Assembly (NCBI GenBank): GCA_964016885.1
Contig: OZ024745.1
Location: 100,068,001-100,132,000 of the forward strand
Direction: 5' to 3'
Source of the DNA: Eledone cirrhosa
Taxonomy: Eukaryota
Length of the DNA: 64,000 bases
Position 1 is the first letter of the stretch. Every line of letters begins with the position of its first letter. Made by a program: the position numbers and the translations under genes. The notes below the pieces were generated by a model that made no database searches, was not told where the DNA came from, and worked only from the letters and a program-made list of their open reading frames with translations. Of this stretch, positions 36,653 through 50,709 are shown in pieces.

Positions 36653-37660
36653 AGGACCAACACCTATCCTGTTGGTGCTGTATATGGTAGGACCAACACC
36701 TATCCTGTTGGTGCTGTATATGGTAGGACCAACACCTATCCTGTTGGTGCTGTATATGGTAGGACCAACACCTATCCTGTTGGTGCTGTATATGGTAGGA
36801 CCAACACCTATCCTGTTGGTGCTGTATATGGTAGGACCAACACCTATCCTGTTGGTGCTGTATATGGTAGGACCAACACCTATCCTGTTGGTGCTGTATA
36901 TGGTAGGACCAACACCTATCCTGTTGGTGCTGTATATGGTAGGACCAACACCTATCCTGTTGGTGCTGTATATGGTAGGACCAACACCTATCCTGTTGGT
37001 GCTGTATATGGTAGGACCAACACCTATCCTGTTGGTGCTGTATATGGTAGGACCAACACCTATCCTGTTGGTGCTGTATATGGTAGGACCAACACCTATC
37101 CTGTTGGTGCTGTATATGGTAGGACCAACACCTATCCTGTTGGTGCTGTATATGGTAGGACCAACACCTATCCTGTTGGTGCTGTATATGGTAGGACCAA
37201 CACCTATCCTGTTGGTGCTGTATATGGTAGGACCAACACCTATCCTGTTGGTGCTGTATATGGTAGGACCAACACCTATCCTGTTGGTGCTGTATATGGT
37301 AGGACCAACACCTATCCTGTTGGTGCTGTATATGGTAGGACCAACACCTATCCTGTTGGTGCTGTATATGGTAGGACCAACACCTATCCTGTTGGTGCTG
37401 TATATGGTAGGACCAACACCTATCCTGTTGGTGCTGTATATGGTAGGACCAACACCTATCCTGTTGGTGCTGTATATGGTAGGACCAACACCTATCCTGT
37501 TGGTGCTGTATATGGTAGGACCAACACCTATCCTGTTGGTGCTGTATATGGTAGGACCAACACCTATCCTGTTGGTGCTGTATATGGTAGGACCAACACC
37601 TATCCTGTTGGTGCTGTATATGGTAGGACCAACACCTATCCTGTTGGTGCTGTACATGGT
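36653..37660. repeat. Minisatellite: 28 x 36-bp unit AGGACCAACACCTATCCTGTTGGTGCTGTATATGGT
   Basis: 1008 bp, identical units except one T>C in the last; explains the four long repetitive ORFs. Confidence 0.97.
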
Positions 37661-40600
37661 AGGGGAGTGGCAAATCTGCCATGGCTTTGTTGTTGTCCGA
37701 AGATAGATTGGTAAATATGCATAAATAGATAGATAGGTAGGGAGGGAGATAGATAAACAAATAGGTAGAAAGAGAAGACAGACATATGGAGACAAACAAA
37801 TAGGTAGGAAGATTTAGGTTTGTAGGTAAATAGATAGACTAACTGATAGGTAGATAGTTATAAATAGTTATTGCTAAACTACTGACAATCTAAAAGATGG
37901 ATATATCTTGTAAACACTGTGTGTGAAAAAGAGTGGTAGGGAGCAATATATCAAATTACTACTTCTTAAACAAATCTATCACAAAGTGGTTGCCGCGTTA
38001 TCTTGGGCTGGTTCTATTATAATGATATATATATGTGTATGTGTGTATGTATGTGTAATGGTTATCAAGAAGCAACTTTTTTAGTTAAAAGAGTATGAAA
38101 CAAACATCCTATTTTTGTTAACATTGTTGATGGAGAATAATTTACTTGAATATTCATGTTTTTTTTTTATTTGTCATTAAAAAGTTATGAAAAAAAAAAA
38201 AATGGAATAATCTTTCACCCTACCACAAACACATGCATACATATAGTGAACAATTATGTGTAGAAAAAACAAAATGAAAAATACGTTTTAAATATAGTAT
38301 CATTGTCATCTTTTCAAAATATAAATATAAAATCAGATATAATACGGTATTTAATCAACTAATAAATATCATAAATAATCACAATAAATCTTTTAAAATT
38401 AAAAATATAAGGGATCAGCTAATTCTAAAGGAAGCAGGTGTAACACAAACACGATAGAAATAACAAACAGATTTACTCTTATTTTTTTTTTTACATTTAA
38501 AGCTAAACTTTTTTTTCGTACCAAATAGCTGTTAACATACTCATATGGTATTAAAAAGTAAAAAAACACATTAGAAGAGAGAGAGAAAACTGAAAGATTA
38601 GAAGTCAATATGTATGGTTAAAATAAACATTAAATATATAAGATGATAATTTAAATATATAGTAAGAGCATATATAAAGAACTTCTCTAAATTAAAATCA
38701 AATGTAGATAATGCAAGACATTTTTTTCAAATGTTTGGTTATGTAAATTAAAAAAAGCAATAATGGCATGTAGAGTGTTTTTATGAAATTATTATTTTTT
38801 TCACTGTCAAAGGCATAAAAATAATATTTAAATATATTTAATGTGATATAAAGAAACTACAATAAATATTGAATTTTGAGAAAGTTAATAGTAAATTTCT
38901 TGCATGTACCCAAACATAAAAGGACAAATTGCAATGAATCAAAAATCAAAAGATGGTAAAATATTTCACTATATAATATCAATTATTTTGAAAAATACAA
39001 ATATAACTGATATCTTACAAGAAAATATTTAGAATTTGCATTGAATTAAATTTGTTAAAGAGAACAAATAAAAAACAAAGATTTCAGTAGGGACCTTCCT
39101 GATGAACATATGTATACAAATATTATTTGAAAAACATTGTAGAAAAGTGTATATGGACTCATATACAATATGTTTATAAATGTCAATATTCTAAGCAGAA
39201 ATCATATCCCAAATCCCAGCTTAAAATACTCACAGCAAGATTATATGTATAGTATACATAAACATATTTTATAAGTGTTCATATATGCATTTATTTTGAA
39301 TCACGCCATGTTAGTGCTATCACAAATTAGATACATTGCTACAGCAGACAACTAGTTTATTAGTGGTGACAAATTCATAGAAATAGTAGCTATTTACTGA
39401 TAAATTAACTGATCTAAAAAGGATTGTGAGTGAAGCCACTGATTTTAACATAGAGTATCCAGTGTTAATAGTGGATGAAAACTTCTTTTAGAAAAACTGC
39501 CATATATAATAATTGTTTCTACTTTTGGCACAAGGTCAGCAATTATCCCAGTGCATTACTGGTGCTTTATTTTATTGATCCCATAAGGCAAAGTTAACTC
39601 AGACTGTGCTTTTTAAATACTATTTACAGCTTGCATGATGCTAATATTAGAAGAATAGCAATAAAAATGGAAATTAACAGATATGTTATAGGATTAAAAA
39701 AAAAGTACCTAAGTAGCTGCAAGCATTTTAAGGCCATTTCCCCATGCTAAACCTGGGATTAGCCATGTGAGCCATATAAAAGTGTTCATAATAGGGTCTC
39801 TTTTGAAACAATGTTTTAGGGCCAGATTTATTTACTGGCTCTAATAATTTTAGTCACCTCCTATGACATGTAAAGTTGGAGGCTGGATTAAAAAGCAAAG
39901 AACAAATAAGGCAACCAAGTAATAGAAATATTAATTGCCTGCATGAAAATAATTGGTCTATTGATATATCATAGACAGAAATAGTAACACCTGTGTAAAG
40001 AAATATAAAGGTGATAATAGTAGCAACACTAATTAATGCAATAATAATGGAAAGTTATATTAAATATTTATGTTACAAATTTTTCTGAGACTACAAAGAA
40101 AAATTCAATCTTGAAAATCATGTTATGTTCTATTATAGATAAATAGAATTGTACCAAAATAAAATTGAAAAACATTTCCATTTTAATTCAACACTATCTC
40201 ATATGCTTACATGCATAATTATGCTAAACTATTGTTACCATGCTAAATAACACACACAAAAATTTAACTACATACTTCTTTTCTCTATATCATAGCAAAA
40301 TTGATCTTATTTTGTTGAATGTGAAGAATTTGAAAACAATTCCAGTTTAAACATATCACAAAATTCAAATTTTCAAACCATCCTATAACTGAATATGCAT
40401 ATATAAGATAAATACATTGAGTATTGAAATAATACTAATTTAGATCAAAATAAAAGTGAGTCTTTCTCTTGTTATAAAAGATAAGAATTTCTTGATGTTT
40501 TCCTGTTGGAAAATTTGTATTTGTCTTGATAATTAACAATTGTTTAAAAAGTATATCTATTTTGCTAGATAAACAGACAATTAATAAGATTCATGTATGC

Positions 40601-42906
40601 CAGCATAGAAAAATAGATATTAGAACAAAGTTTATAAATCTATGTAAATTAGAATCAATAAACCTGTTTAAAAGTAACACTTACAAGACTATTTTCGGAT
40701 TTGTTTTCCATTTTTCCAGAATCTTTTCTGTGAGGAAGCTGTATAAAATAAGCTCACTAAGATAATGAAAGTTGGCCAGTTGGAAGTAAAAAAAACAACT
40801 GGTTTAAAAACAATAGGAAAGAACTAGAATTGTAAATGAGCTACACCACTCTCACAGAGAAGTGTTTCCCAAAGTAGGTTTTGCAAAAAAGTTCTGGGAT
40901 CCATGAGATAAGGTGACTTTTAACAACATTTAATAAAAATTCATGTTTTCTTAAAAATGAATAAATTCTTTCTTGTTAAAATTATGGAGGTAGGGATTGT
41001 CTGTAAAATATAGGTATGGTTTCCATGAATTTTAGAAAATCATAAAAGTTCTGCAACAAAATATATTTGGAAACCATTGTCATAAAGACAGCCTTAAATA
41101 AAAGAAAAGGGCTCTGGAATCAAACAAGTAGGTGAATCTTTTAGATGTGTTAGACTGATAAAAAGAAAAGAAGATTCCTTGGAGATAGAAACTGTGGAAG
41201 AAGACAAATTAATGTGTCAGTCAAACTGAACTGTAAATAATAATGTAAGGACCCTTATAATTTATTAACCTCCACCCCAACAAAACTTAATCATTATCTA
41301 GAATGGATACCATGCAGTTAATACTTTTCTAAATGTTTCTACATTAGTTATTGATAAGAGATATGTGGGAAAAGTGTGCACAGTAATATAGGTTCAGGAA
41401 AAGAATGCTGAACATGCTGTTTTGAAGAAGTCTTAGAAGAATCATTGATAAAGAGATTGATTGACAGGTGATGAGTGGCATTATAAAAAGGAGAAAGATG
41501 AAATCAATAGATTCTGAGAAGCAAACAGTCATAGCAATTGTAAATTAAACAAAAACTAAACATTACATGATAGGGGAAAAGGGCAGCAAGTTATCTATGT
41601 CATTTTGCAAATAAGACACATAGTTTCTCTTTCTAGCTCTAGTCAAGCACACTACTATTTAATTAGGATGCACCATTCCATATTTAGAAGCAATTTTTCT
41701 AAATGCAATGTGTTTAGATTTTCTTTTCAAGCTATAAAAATTAAACTGCCCTCTTTTGATACAATACTAGCTATAGAAGATCATTAGATCTAAAATCTTA
41801 TGTTAAAACTAATCCCACAATCTAGTGTTCAAGTTCAGAAAGATAGGTTTAGAAAGATAAGTTAGATTGCATGCCTATTTTTACAATTTTTTAATATTGA
41901 AATTTTGACTTCTCTTCTCAAATTCCATCAATAGCATATTTATTAACATTCTTAAAATTCTTAAGTTAATTTTAGCTATTAAATTATATTTTATTATGTC
42001 TTGTTTGCATTGACATACATCATGATGTTTATAACCTCATAATAAACTTGTTTTTATAGGTTGTGGCATAAATAACAAATCCTAAAACACTGATGATTAC
42101 ATAGCTGAACATAGATACTGTAATTGGGACAGTTCAACTATATTGTTTATGATGAAGTGTCACCAGGATTTGGATCTATTTAACTTCAAAAAGTATCTCA
42201 AATACTTTAACATTACTGTTTGTGAACTCCATGTACTTTGGCATGTCTGGTGTCAAAGTGATATCATGATCAAACCAGCTAATGAAGGTGGTGTCTCATA
42301 GACTGACCTCTACTGAGAGGAATCTCACTGAGCTCCACAACACCAAGTTTTAACAGGACTGCCACTCCAAAATAAAAAAAGAAATTAATCCCATTCCATT
42401 AAGTCACATTGCTTCCTCTGTACACTCTTCTACAATTATTAAACTTTTAAAGATACCTCAAACCTCAACTATATATTTTATTTCAGGCTTTCCATTCTAA
42501 TTGTTCAATTCTGCCTGTCGCTAACTCATTGCACATCTCTCCTGTTACCTTGGTAAATGTATGCCCCCCCCCCCCTGTCATTTTAGCATATAATATAGAA
42601 TATCTTCTGTTTAGTTACGATAACAGTTTATTATTGACTCATGTGCATGTAATTTTTTCTAGCATTCTTTGTGCAACACTTTCTCGAAGCTAGTCCACTC
42701 AACTTTTGAGGGAAACTTCATGGACCACCAAAGAAAATATACATTGAATTGCATTATGCAACACAGCAGGGCACAGATATTTTAATTAAAAAAAAAACTA
42801 ATTATGCATTGTATAAGATACATGTAAATTTACTTTTAATTAGTTTATATGAAGCATTGTGAAATATGTAGTTAGGATTGTTTTGGGAAAAACAATATAA
42901 TGCAAG

Positions 42907-43146
42907 TCAGAAATAAAGGAATGAATATGAGAATAAAGTAAGACAAACAACAGTTCACACTCTTACCTTATATTTCACGATATTTTGAGGTTAGGATCCC
43001 ATTTTCAAAAGAATAAAAATAGAGTGTGATGGTGATCTTTTGAAAAAAGGTTCCTAAATCTGAAAGTTCATGAAATATAAAAGAAAAGTCTAAACTGTTG
43101 TTTGTTTTGTCTTATTTAACTCTTGTTTTCACTTTATTTCTTACTT
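42907..43146. repeat. Old degenerate inverted repeat
   Basis: agaaataaag...acaaacaacagtt...tatatttcacga...ttttcaaaaga pairs imperfectly with tcttttgaaaa...tcatgaaatata...aactgttgtttgt...ctttatttct. Confidence 0.45.
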
Positions 43147-43727
43147 TTAATTGAGTTAGATTTTTAAATAATTAGTGACTCCTTTAGTCTTATGAAATTT
43201 GCTGTAGACCACTAAAACTTTAGTATGGATCACCGGATGTCAATCTGGACCAAATTGTACATCACTGGGAGTTAGATTTTTAAAGCATGCCACTACCTTA
43301 ATCAATATGCCACTGTAAATAATGTAAAATTAGTAAATTTACCCACTTACTAAAACTAGCTTAGTTTCTCAAATGCAAGAAGTAGGTGCACGTTTTCATG
43401 ATAATTTAAAAATAAACTTTTAAAAATTGATGTTAATGAAATGAAATATATGAGTAAAATGAAGAGGTATTAAAATCTGCTATTTTGTTCTGAAATAGAA
43501 ATGTTTTTACTTTTTGGAACAAAAACCTTATTCATTTTTTACATTATTAACCTGAACATAGTCCAATATTTCAAAATAAAATAATTTGAATTATAATTTT
43601 TGGGGGTGGGAGGGCTCAAATTAGTTTTAAATAATTATATCATTTCAGTTATTAACTCTTAAATTTTAAAAAGAAATTCCAACAAAATGTCAAACACATT
43701 AACTAAATGAGCTAAATGATGTCTTAC

Positions 43728-43760
43728 CGAAGGGCCGGGAGGACCGGTTGGACCTGGTAT
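43728..43760 (-). CDS. Collagen exon (IPGPTGPPGPS)
   Basis: 33 nt, ctatag acceptor, gtaaga donor, GC-rich Gly-Pro codons in AT-rich intron. Confidence 0.88.
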
Positions 43761-44689
43761 CTATAGAATAGAATGTTTATATATATTTTAATATGACTAC
43801 AGTGCATGCTTTCAGGAAATTTATCTTTAGGCAAACCAATGCTTCTTTTTGCTTTTTCCTGCCAATCACTTTCTTTCATTAACATTTAGAGAGAGCCCAG
43901 GAAGGATCTGTTTATTGTTTATGTTAGGTATTGGATAGAAAAATAAAGTTTTTCAATGTATACAAATTTATAAATTGTTATAATTCCTGATTCCATTTTT
44001 TTTAAATTTTTTATTTTAATTTCTGTAATAAACTTTTATATTGTGGATATACCAAAAAATATATAATAGATGTAATGCTTTATTGTTAGTATTGAGAATG
44101 TATATTGGTTACAGTACCCATAATTAATCAAAGAGTAAAGGAATGCTTTATGAGTTATTTGAAGTAATATTTTGTAAAGTTGCTGTAGCAAAGTCATAGA
44201 GATTAGATATTTATTATTTACAAAGCATCTAATTATTTTCTTCTTGACTTTCTGATAAAGGTATATGAATTAGAAAGAATTGAAAACAATCAATATAAAG
44301 CCTTTGGGAAAATGGAGTTAAGGAGAATCTGACTTGTAAAATTAATTTTCATATTTTAAATGTTGGTTCATCATTTCCAAAAAGGGTGCAATATTTACTG
44401 GGTATTATGTGATTGAGATGATGATTAATTAAAATAGGTTTGACTTTCATTGTTATCATGAACAAAACAAGGATGAAATGTTAACAGAAAATGAAAGAAT
44501 AATAAAAAATTATTAGAACTAAGAATAGTTTCATTTGTCTTTCATTGTAAAATTTTTAGTTTATTGAACAAAAAAAATCAAAATTTCATCTTAGTATAGT
44601 ATTTTCTTTTAAATGAAAAATATTAAAGTAATATGAAAACACTATGTGAAAATTGTACTTTTATATAATTAAGATTTTTATAAACTTAC

Positions 44690-44731
44690 CCCTTCACCAC
44701 TGCCACCACCTTCAATAACACCAGCCTCACC
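44690..44731 (-). CDS. Collagen exon, triple-helix interruption (GEAGVIEGGGSGEG)
   Basis: 42 nt, caatag acceptor, gtaagt donor; terminal G joins IP of the next exon to restore Gly-X-Y register. Confidence 0.85.
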
Positions 44732-46502
44732 CTATTGAAAGAAAATGCAGATTTTATTCTTGCAGGTATAATATATTTTACTTTTGAGATATGATCCATA
44801 CACACACATGCATACATGCAAGCACACACACACACACACGCACATGTATATATAGATAATGCCTTTTTTATTTTTAAAATATTTATTAATAAAAAAATAA
44901 GCTACTATGTTTTAGAATATAACTTTTTAAAAGTAGTCTCTATAGCTAACATCCATTAATTAACACATTGTTTTCTCAATTGCTGGAATATGTTATGACT
45001 GATAATTAAAATTGCACAAATTAAAATTCTACTCATGAATTTAAGTATCTTTCTGATGTTAATTGAAATGTATTGTTTAACAAACTGATTAACAATATAT
45101 TTCAATTATTCAGTTATTGTAAGAAAGCCAAAGTAAACATACTCTAAGCTTTTATTTGTGATTACAAATATAAAATCTGATTTACGTTAGTAAAAGTCTA
45201 TAAAAAATTAAAACATGGTAGATTTACAAGAGAATATAAATATTTTCAATTGATACATTAAGTGAGATCAAATTGTCTATAAGAGGAAACAAGCTAGTGT
45301 TTGTGAATTACCATTACAATAAATAAAATGAACACTATTTGATAGTATATTTTATGCCATTTTATATAAACAAATGGCTTTTTCTGAAGAAAATAATCCT
45401 AATCTTACATCATTTTCAGTTTAAACAACAGAAAAAAAAAATGTGTTGGTGAGAAGAAATGATCAGTGCAGGGATATATTTTAGTGATAACATTTTATTT
45501 TACTATGGAAAATTAAAATACTTCAAAAAATTAAGAACATACAAATAAGACTGAGAAAAAAAACTTAAAGACAATAATCTATATAACTATATTCATGCAC
45601 ATGAAACACCCCCACCAATCATCTATGCATAGTTGTTAAATTATCATGAAAGATTTATATTGGACATTTAGAATCTAGATTTAGTTTTTGATATGCTGAT
45701 GAATTTAGTTTCTTCTAATTATTGGAGATAGTTTTATACAAATGATTGTGGGTAACCACAAGATATGCACTTCAGATTCTAGCAGAAACAAACAATATTT
45801 TAATGGTATAGTCATAGAGGGAAGGGCACTGCCCATAACTTTTTTTCAGTGCCTCTGAGACAAGTAGGAGAGAATAAGTTATTCTCTGGAGACCTAACTC
45901 TAATAAAGGCACCCATGGTGGTGATATTAAACTGGGTGGTGATATTAAACTGGGCAACATAGTATACTCTAATAAAGCCACCCTAGGGCCAGGTGGTGAT
46001 ATTAAACCAGACAGCAGATTAAGTTTACTACCTATTGCAACATTGAGAGAAAATTGTATTTTTTCCCTTTGTATTTTTTATCTTATTGAATACTTTTTCC
46101 CAATACCACAGTCTGTAATGGCTGGATTTGGAGAGAACCCTCTCATAATTCACAATACCACAGTCTGCAAATGGATGGATTTGGAGAGAACCCTCTTATA
46201 ATTCACATGTAACATTATATGCTGTAAAATCATGAAAAAATATCTAGAAAAATACTCCAAGGAAAAAAAAGAATGAAAAGATAATTTTCTCTGAGTTGCT
46301 GTCTTTAATGACTAACTTTAAAATGTAGTATATAGAGGGATAAAGCTGTGGGTTGGTTTCCTCTCAGCAAACTTAACAAGTGGCTCCCAGTTAGAATTAT
46401 TTTAGAGAGGGAATAATCAGTAATAAAAAGAAAATAAGGCTTAGTGTTATCTTACAAACACTTACACACCCCAGAAATAGTTTAGGAATCAGTATTATTT
46501 TA

Positions 46503-46690
46503 TAATTGTTTCTACTATTGGCACACGGCCAGCAATTACCCAGGACATTACTGGTACTTTATTTTATTGACCCCGTAAGGATGAAAGGCAAAGTTAACCT
46601 CGACGGGATTTGAACTCGGAATGGCAAGGGCCGTAACTCTATGCTTCAAAGCATGGCGTCCGACCCTCTACTGATACTGCCAATTCACCA
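46503..46690 (-). mobile_element. SINE family A
   Basis: Consensus match. Confidence 0.85.
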
Positions 46691-48196
46691 GTGTCTTCAG
46701 GTGTTGAAAATAGCTAAATATCCTTTGATTTACTGAATTAGATAGTTAAATTATTTGTGTAATTAATTTGTATTTTCCCTTATTTACCACCAAACTCCTA
46801 CCTTCACTGATGTCGTTCTTGCATGATTCAACTGAAAAAAATTAAAAAGAAGCAAAACAATATATCTGACTCCATCTCATATAGAAGTTTGATAAATTCA
46901 TTAAACGTCAATAAAAATCATATCTCATCACTATCATCATTTCTTTTTATTTTAACTATATTCTTTTAACAAAAAGTATTTTTACAAATACTTCATATTC
47001 TAAAATTCATTTTCATTTTCCCTTATTGTATAATTTTATGAATGAAATATGAATTAAATAAGATAGTTATTCAGCCTTGTCATAAAGAGGTTAAATTCGA
47101 TTTCCAATATAAAGCTAGATTCTGATAGTATAAATATTTATATTTTATACTATTTTTGCAATATGACGACACAGAATTTCAAAATGAATTGTGTCAGTAC
47201 TCATGCCAGTTTTATTTATTTATGCAACTGAAAAACAGATAACATCAGTATAATAAATATAAATACAATTCCTAATATGGTATAATAAGCAGAACAGTGA
47301 AGTTAATGTGTTGATGCCATATAAAAATAACGTAAACTTTGCTTAATATTTAATTGATTAATTTGAAATGCTTAAAATCTCAATTATTTCTTTAAAATAT
47401 TGTTATGAGATCTAATTGCTCCTTAACTGTTAATGTCCTGTGGTGCACGAACCCACATTAGCAAGATATTCTTGGAAAGTAAAAATCTGCATTGTGGCTG
47501 CATCACATCAACATTTGTCTTCACCCTCATACTGTAAATGTTCATCTCCCTACCTGCAAATGTTATAAACATTTGAATTAACATTTGAATTAAACTTGTT
47601 TATAGATATTTTCTGCTGAATCATTACAGGACATTAGTTAAATCATTACAGGACATTAGTTAAATCATTACAGGACATTAGTTAAATCATTACCATTATT
47701 TTCATTTTAATGTCTATTTTCTTGTGTTTCTATGAGCTAGACAATGCTGAAATAGAGCATATCATCATGTATCTTGTAGATATGCTACCTTTTCATTCTA
47801 AGGCATGAATTAACTTCTTCATTTTAATTGTTTTTGTTTTGATCTACTTTATTATATGTACCCCCACTATGTAAGTAGTATATGCTAATAACATAGATTA
47901 ATTAAATATCCAATGATAATAGTTCAGACACAATTGTTACAATACAACAAAATACATAAAAAAAATAATCCATGCTATAAAATAGGTGAAATAAAAAATA
48001 CATAAACAAGACAACTATTTACAATAAAAAAAAATGATATTTGAGACAAAGCATTACTCAAACAGTAGATAAAAGAACAAACCTCAGCACTGCCTAATGC
48101 AAGCTTTAAGATGTAAATAGAAAACTTATTAATGGAGATATTTGTAAATAAGTATGAATGAATAAGCAATGTTATTTATAATATTTTAGTCTAAAC

Positions 48197-48671
48197 TAAT
48201 GTTTCCCAATGGCGTTCATGCTTCCCTCTTGTAGGGTGTTTGGAGTTATGAAGGGGGATAGTGATCAACTTTATATATGTGGGAAGGGTGGAGTTTATAC
48301 ATTAGATAGGAGCACTGTGAAAATTTGTATATAAATAGTGAAGTAAAAATAAGGGAAAAAACAACCGACTATGCTGCCACATTTGAACATATTTTAATAG
48401 ATTTTCAAAATATTTGATTTTAAAATGTCCAAATGCCCCAATGGGTTATTAAAATCAAGGTGCATTCCATGCACCAAGATGCAAAGATCTTCGACTTAAA
48501 TCTGACATCTTTCTTGGCAAGGTGATAATTAAACTTAAATATAAATTTACTTACATATTTTAAGTTTAATTATAGCCATAATTTTTATTATATAAGAGTA
48601 AAAGTTGGGGATTGTAGTAAATAATCAGGTGTTTTCGGGAGGCGTTGGAGAAAAACAGTTGGGAAACACTT
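48197..48671. mobile_element. hAT-like MITE
   Basis: 8-bp TSD gtctaaac; tgtttcccaa / ttgggaaaca TIRs. Confidence 0.65.
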
Positions 48672-49089
48672 GTCTAAACCATTCAAAATTAATTCAATAG
48701 AGTAATACATAATTATTTCCTATGTATTTTTTACAGAGAAACATCATCACCGTTTAATGTCTTATTTTCCATGCTTGCATGGGTCAGACGGGTAGTCCTC
48801 GCTATGAAGCAAGTCTGGGCATGCCACACCTTGCTTAAATGGGAGTGTAGTTTGGCTGTATTTTTTTTACAGCTGGATGCCCTTCCTAACACCACCAAAG
48901 TTGACAGTGCGGAACTGGGTGATCCCATTAGAGGAGGGGTCTGGCAAGTGGGTGCACTGAACCCTACTCATAAGTGGATCCATAAGCAAACATAATTTAG
49001 GAAGCAGAGTGGTTTTATGGATCATGTGTTACAGTATACTAAAATCTCTCACACACACATATGTGTGTGTGTGTTTATATATATATATA

Positions 49090-49190
49090 TAGAGTGTCCC
49101 CCAAAAATGTATACATACTTCAACAGCATTCTAATAAATATTGCCTGTAAAGGTATTCAAAGAGTGTATACATTTTTGGGGGTTACCCTA
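49090..49190. mobile_element. ~100-bp Tc1-like MITE; second copy at about 55420-55521
   Basis: ccccaaaaatgtataca / tgtatacatttttgggg TIRs within TA. Confidence 0.65.
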
Positions 49191-49904
49191 TATACATACA
49201 TGATGGCTGCAAACTCTGCTAAGAGTATTGCAATCGCTTGTCAGATTCAGATGTGTGACGCTCGGATATGACTTTTCAAGCCTGTTAGAGACTTCCACTC
49301 CTTCACACACTGATGACAACTATGGATCTCCCTGGCTTGAGGTCCTGCATCAGGTTGAAAACTGAATAGATATAAAAGATAATGAATTTCTACAGGTCTT
49401 GCAGTGTATTCTTCAGCTCATCATAGTTAACTGATTCATGATAATAATTTAGGAAAGCAAATATCTCTAAAGAAACTGAACACATCCCTCCACTTTTCGA
49501 CCACATGAAACTTATCGTTTCTGCCTAAGTTGACAGAAATGATGAGGGTCAGACGAAATGCCTTGCAGTATTTAATTACATTAACCCTTTAGCATTTAAA
49601 CCAGACGTATCCGGTCAGAACTCTCTCACATCTTTCTGTTCAAACCAGCTGTAACTGGCTGCTCATAAATACATTAAGGTATTGTTCTCAAAATAAATAA
49701 CATCAAAATCTCATAGATTCGATATTATGTGAGATAATTATGTAAGATAAAGCTTTTACTGTGAAAATACAATAGTAAATATAAAGTAATGTAAATGCTA
49801 AAGAGTTAAACACCTGAAGGCAGTCTGATCCCATTATGGTCAACTGCATTTTTATTTTCTCTTTGGGATTCACAAACTTTAATCTCAATAATAATTTTAC
49901 TTAC

Positions 49905-49994
49905 AGGGGTTCCAGGTAATCCAGGAGGTCCAATAGGTCCAGTTAATCCTCTTAATCCTTGTTCACCTGGTTCTCCCTTCAAGCCTGGCGGTCC
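49905..49994 (-). CDS. MACIT-type collagen exon ([30 protein letters not shown]); first identifiable exon in window
   Basis: 90 nt, ten perfect Gly-X-Y triplets, atag acceptor and gtaagt donor, phase 0-0. Confidence 0.93.
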
Positions 49995-50381
49995 CTATAA
50001 AAGTAAAATGATATGAAACAATGTAGATATAAAAGTATATATAAACAATGTAGATATAAAAGTATATATAAACAATGTAGATATAAAATAACAATTAGAG
50101 AAATAATATTTTTTTGTAATTTTATATTATTGTAGTAAACAAGTACTTTTGATAACATTACATTACATTATATGTAAATGCACACATATATATAGAGTAG
50201 GCTCTGTTGTTCTTGGTAAGTTAACACTTTTACCACTTTCAATTTTCTGTGTTACATACTTTTAGAAAAGCTTGAAAGACACTTTCCACTTATTTCCTTT
50301 AAAACTATCTATAATCATGTTAATAAACGTGGCATTATATGTATGTTTCTGTTTGAGTGTATGTGTGTGTATCTTTTATTT

Positions 50382-50672
50382 CAGGGTTTCCCAACTAAGG
50401 GTGCGAGATAGCATTTCAGGGAGTGTGAGCTAACATTTCAGTATTTTTTTTTTATTTTTTTTTTTTTATTAATAGTAATAATAATAATAATAATAATTGT
50501 TTCTACTTTTGGCACAAGGCCAGCAATTAGCCAGTGCATTACTGGTACTTTATTTTATCGACCCCGTAAGGATGAAAGGCAAAGTGAACCACGGCGGGAT
50601 TTGAACTGAAACCGTAAAGGGACGTAACTATGCTGGAAAGCATGGTGTCCGACTCTCTACCAATACTGCCCT

Positions 50673-50709
<37 letters not shown>

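Noticed and set aside
36653-37660. CRISPR-like 36-bp palindromic repeats
   Set aside because: The units are contiguous with no spacers, there are no cas genes, and the context is a eukaryotic intron; it is a minisatellite.
36512-37799. Four long ORFs of 344-427 aa
   Set aside because: They are translations of a 36-bp unit that lacks stops in several frames; no splice or homology support.
39095-39146. CTGATGA...GAAA...TA hammerhead-like string
   Set aside because: Stem II and stem III pair poorly and there is no inverted arm; plausible by chance in AT-rich DNA.
46082-46205. Short local tandem duplications (also about 45915-45955, 47617-47692 and 50016-50088)
   Set aside because: Ordinary slippage duplications with no further structure.
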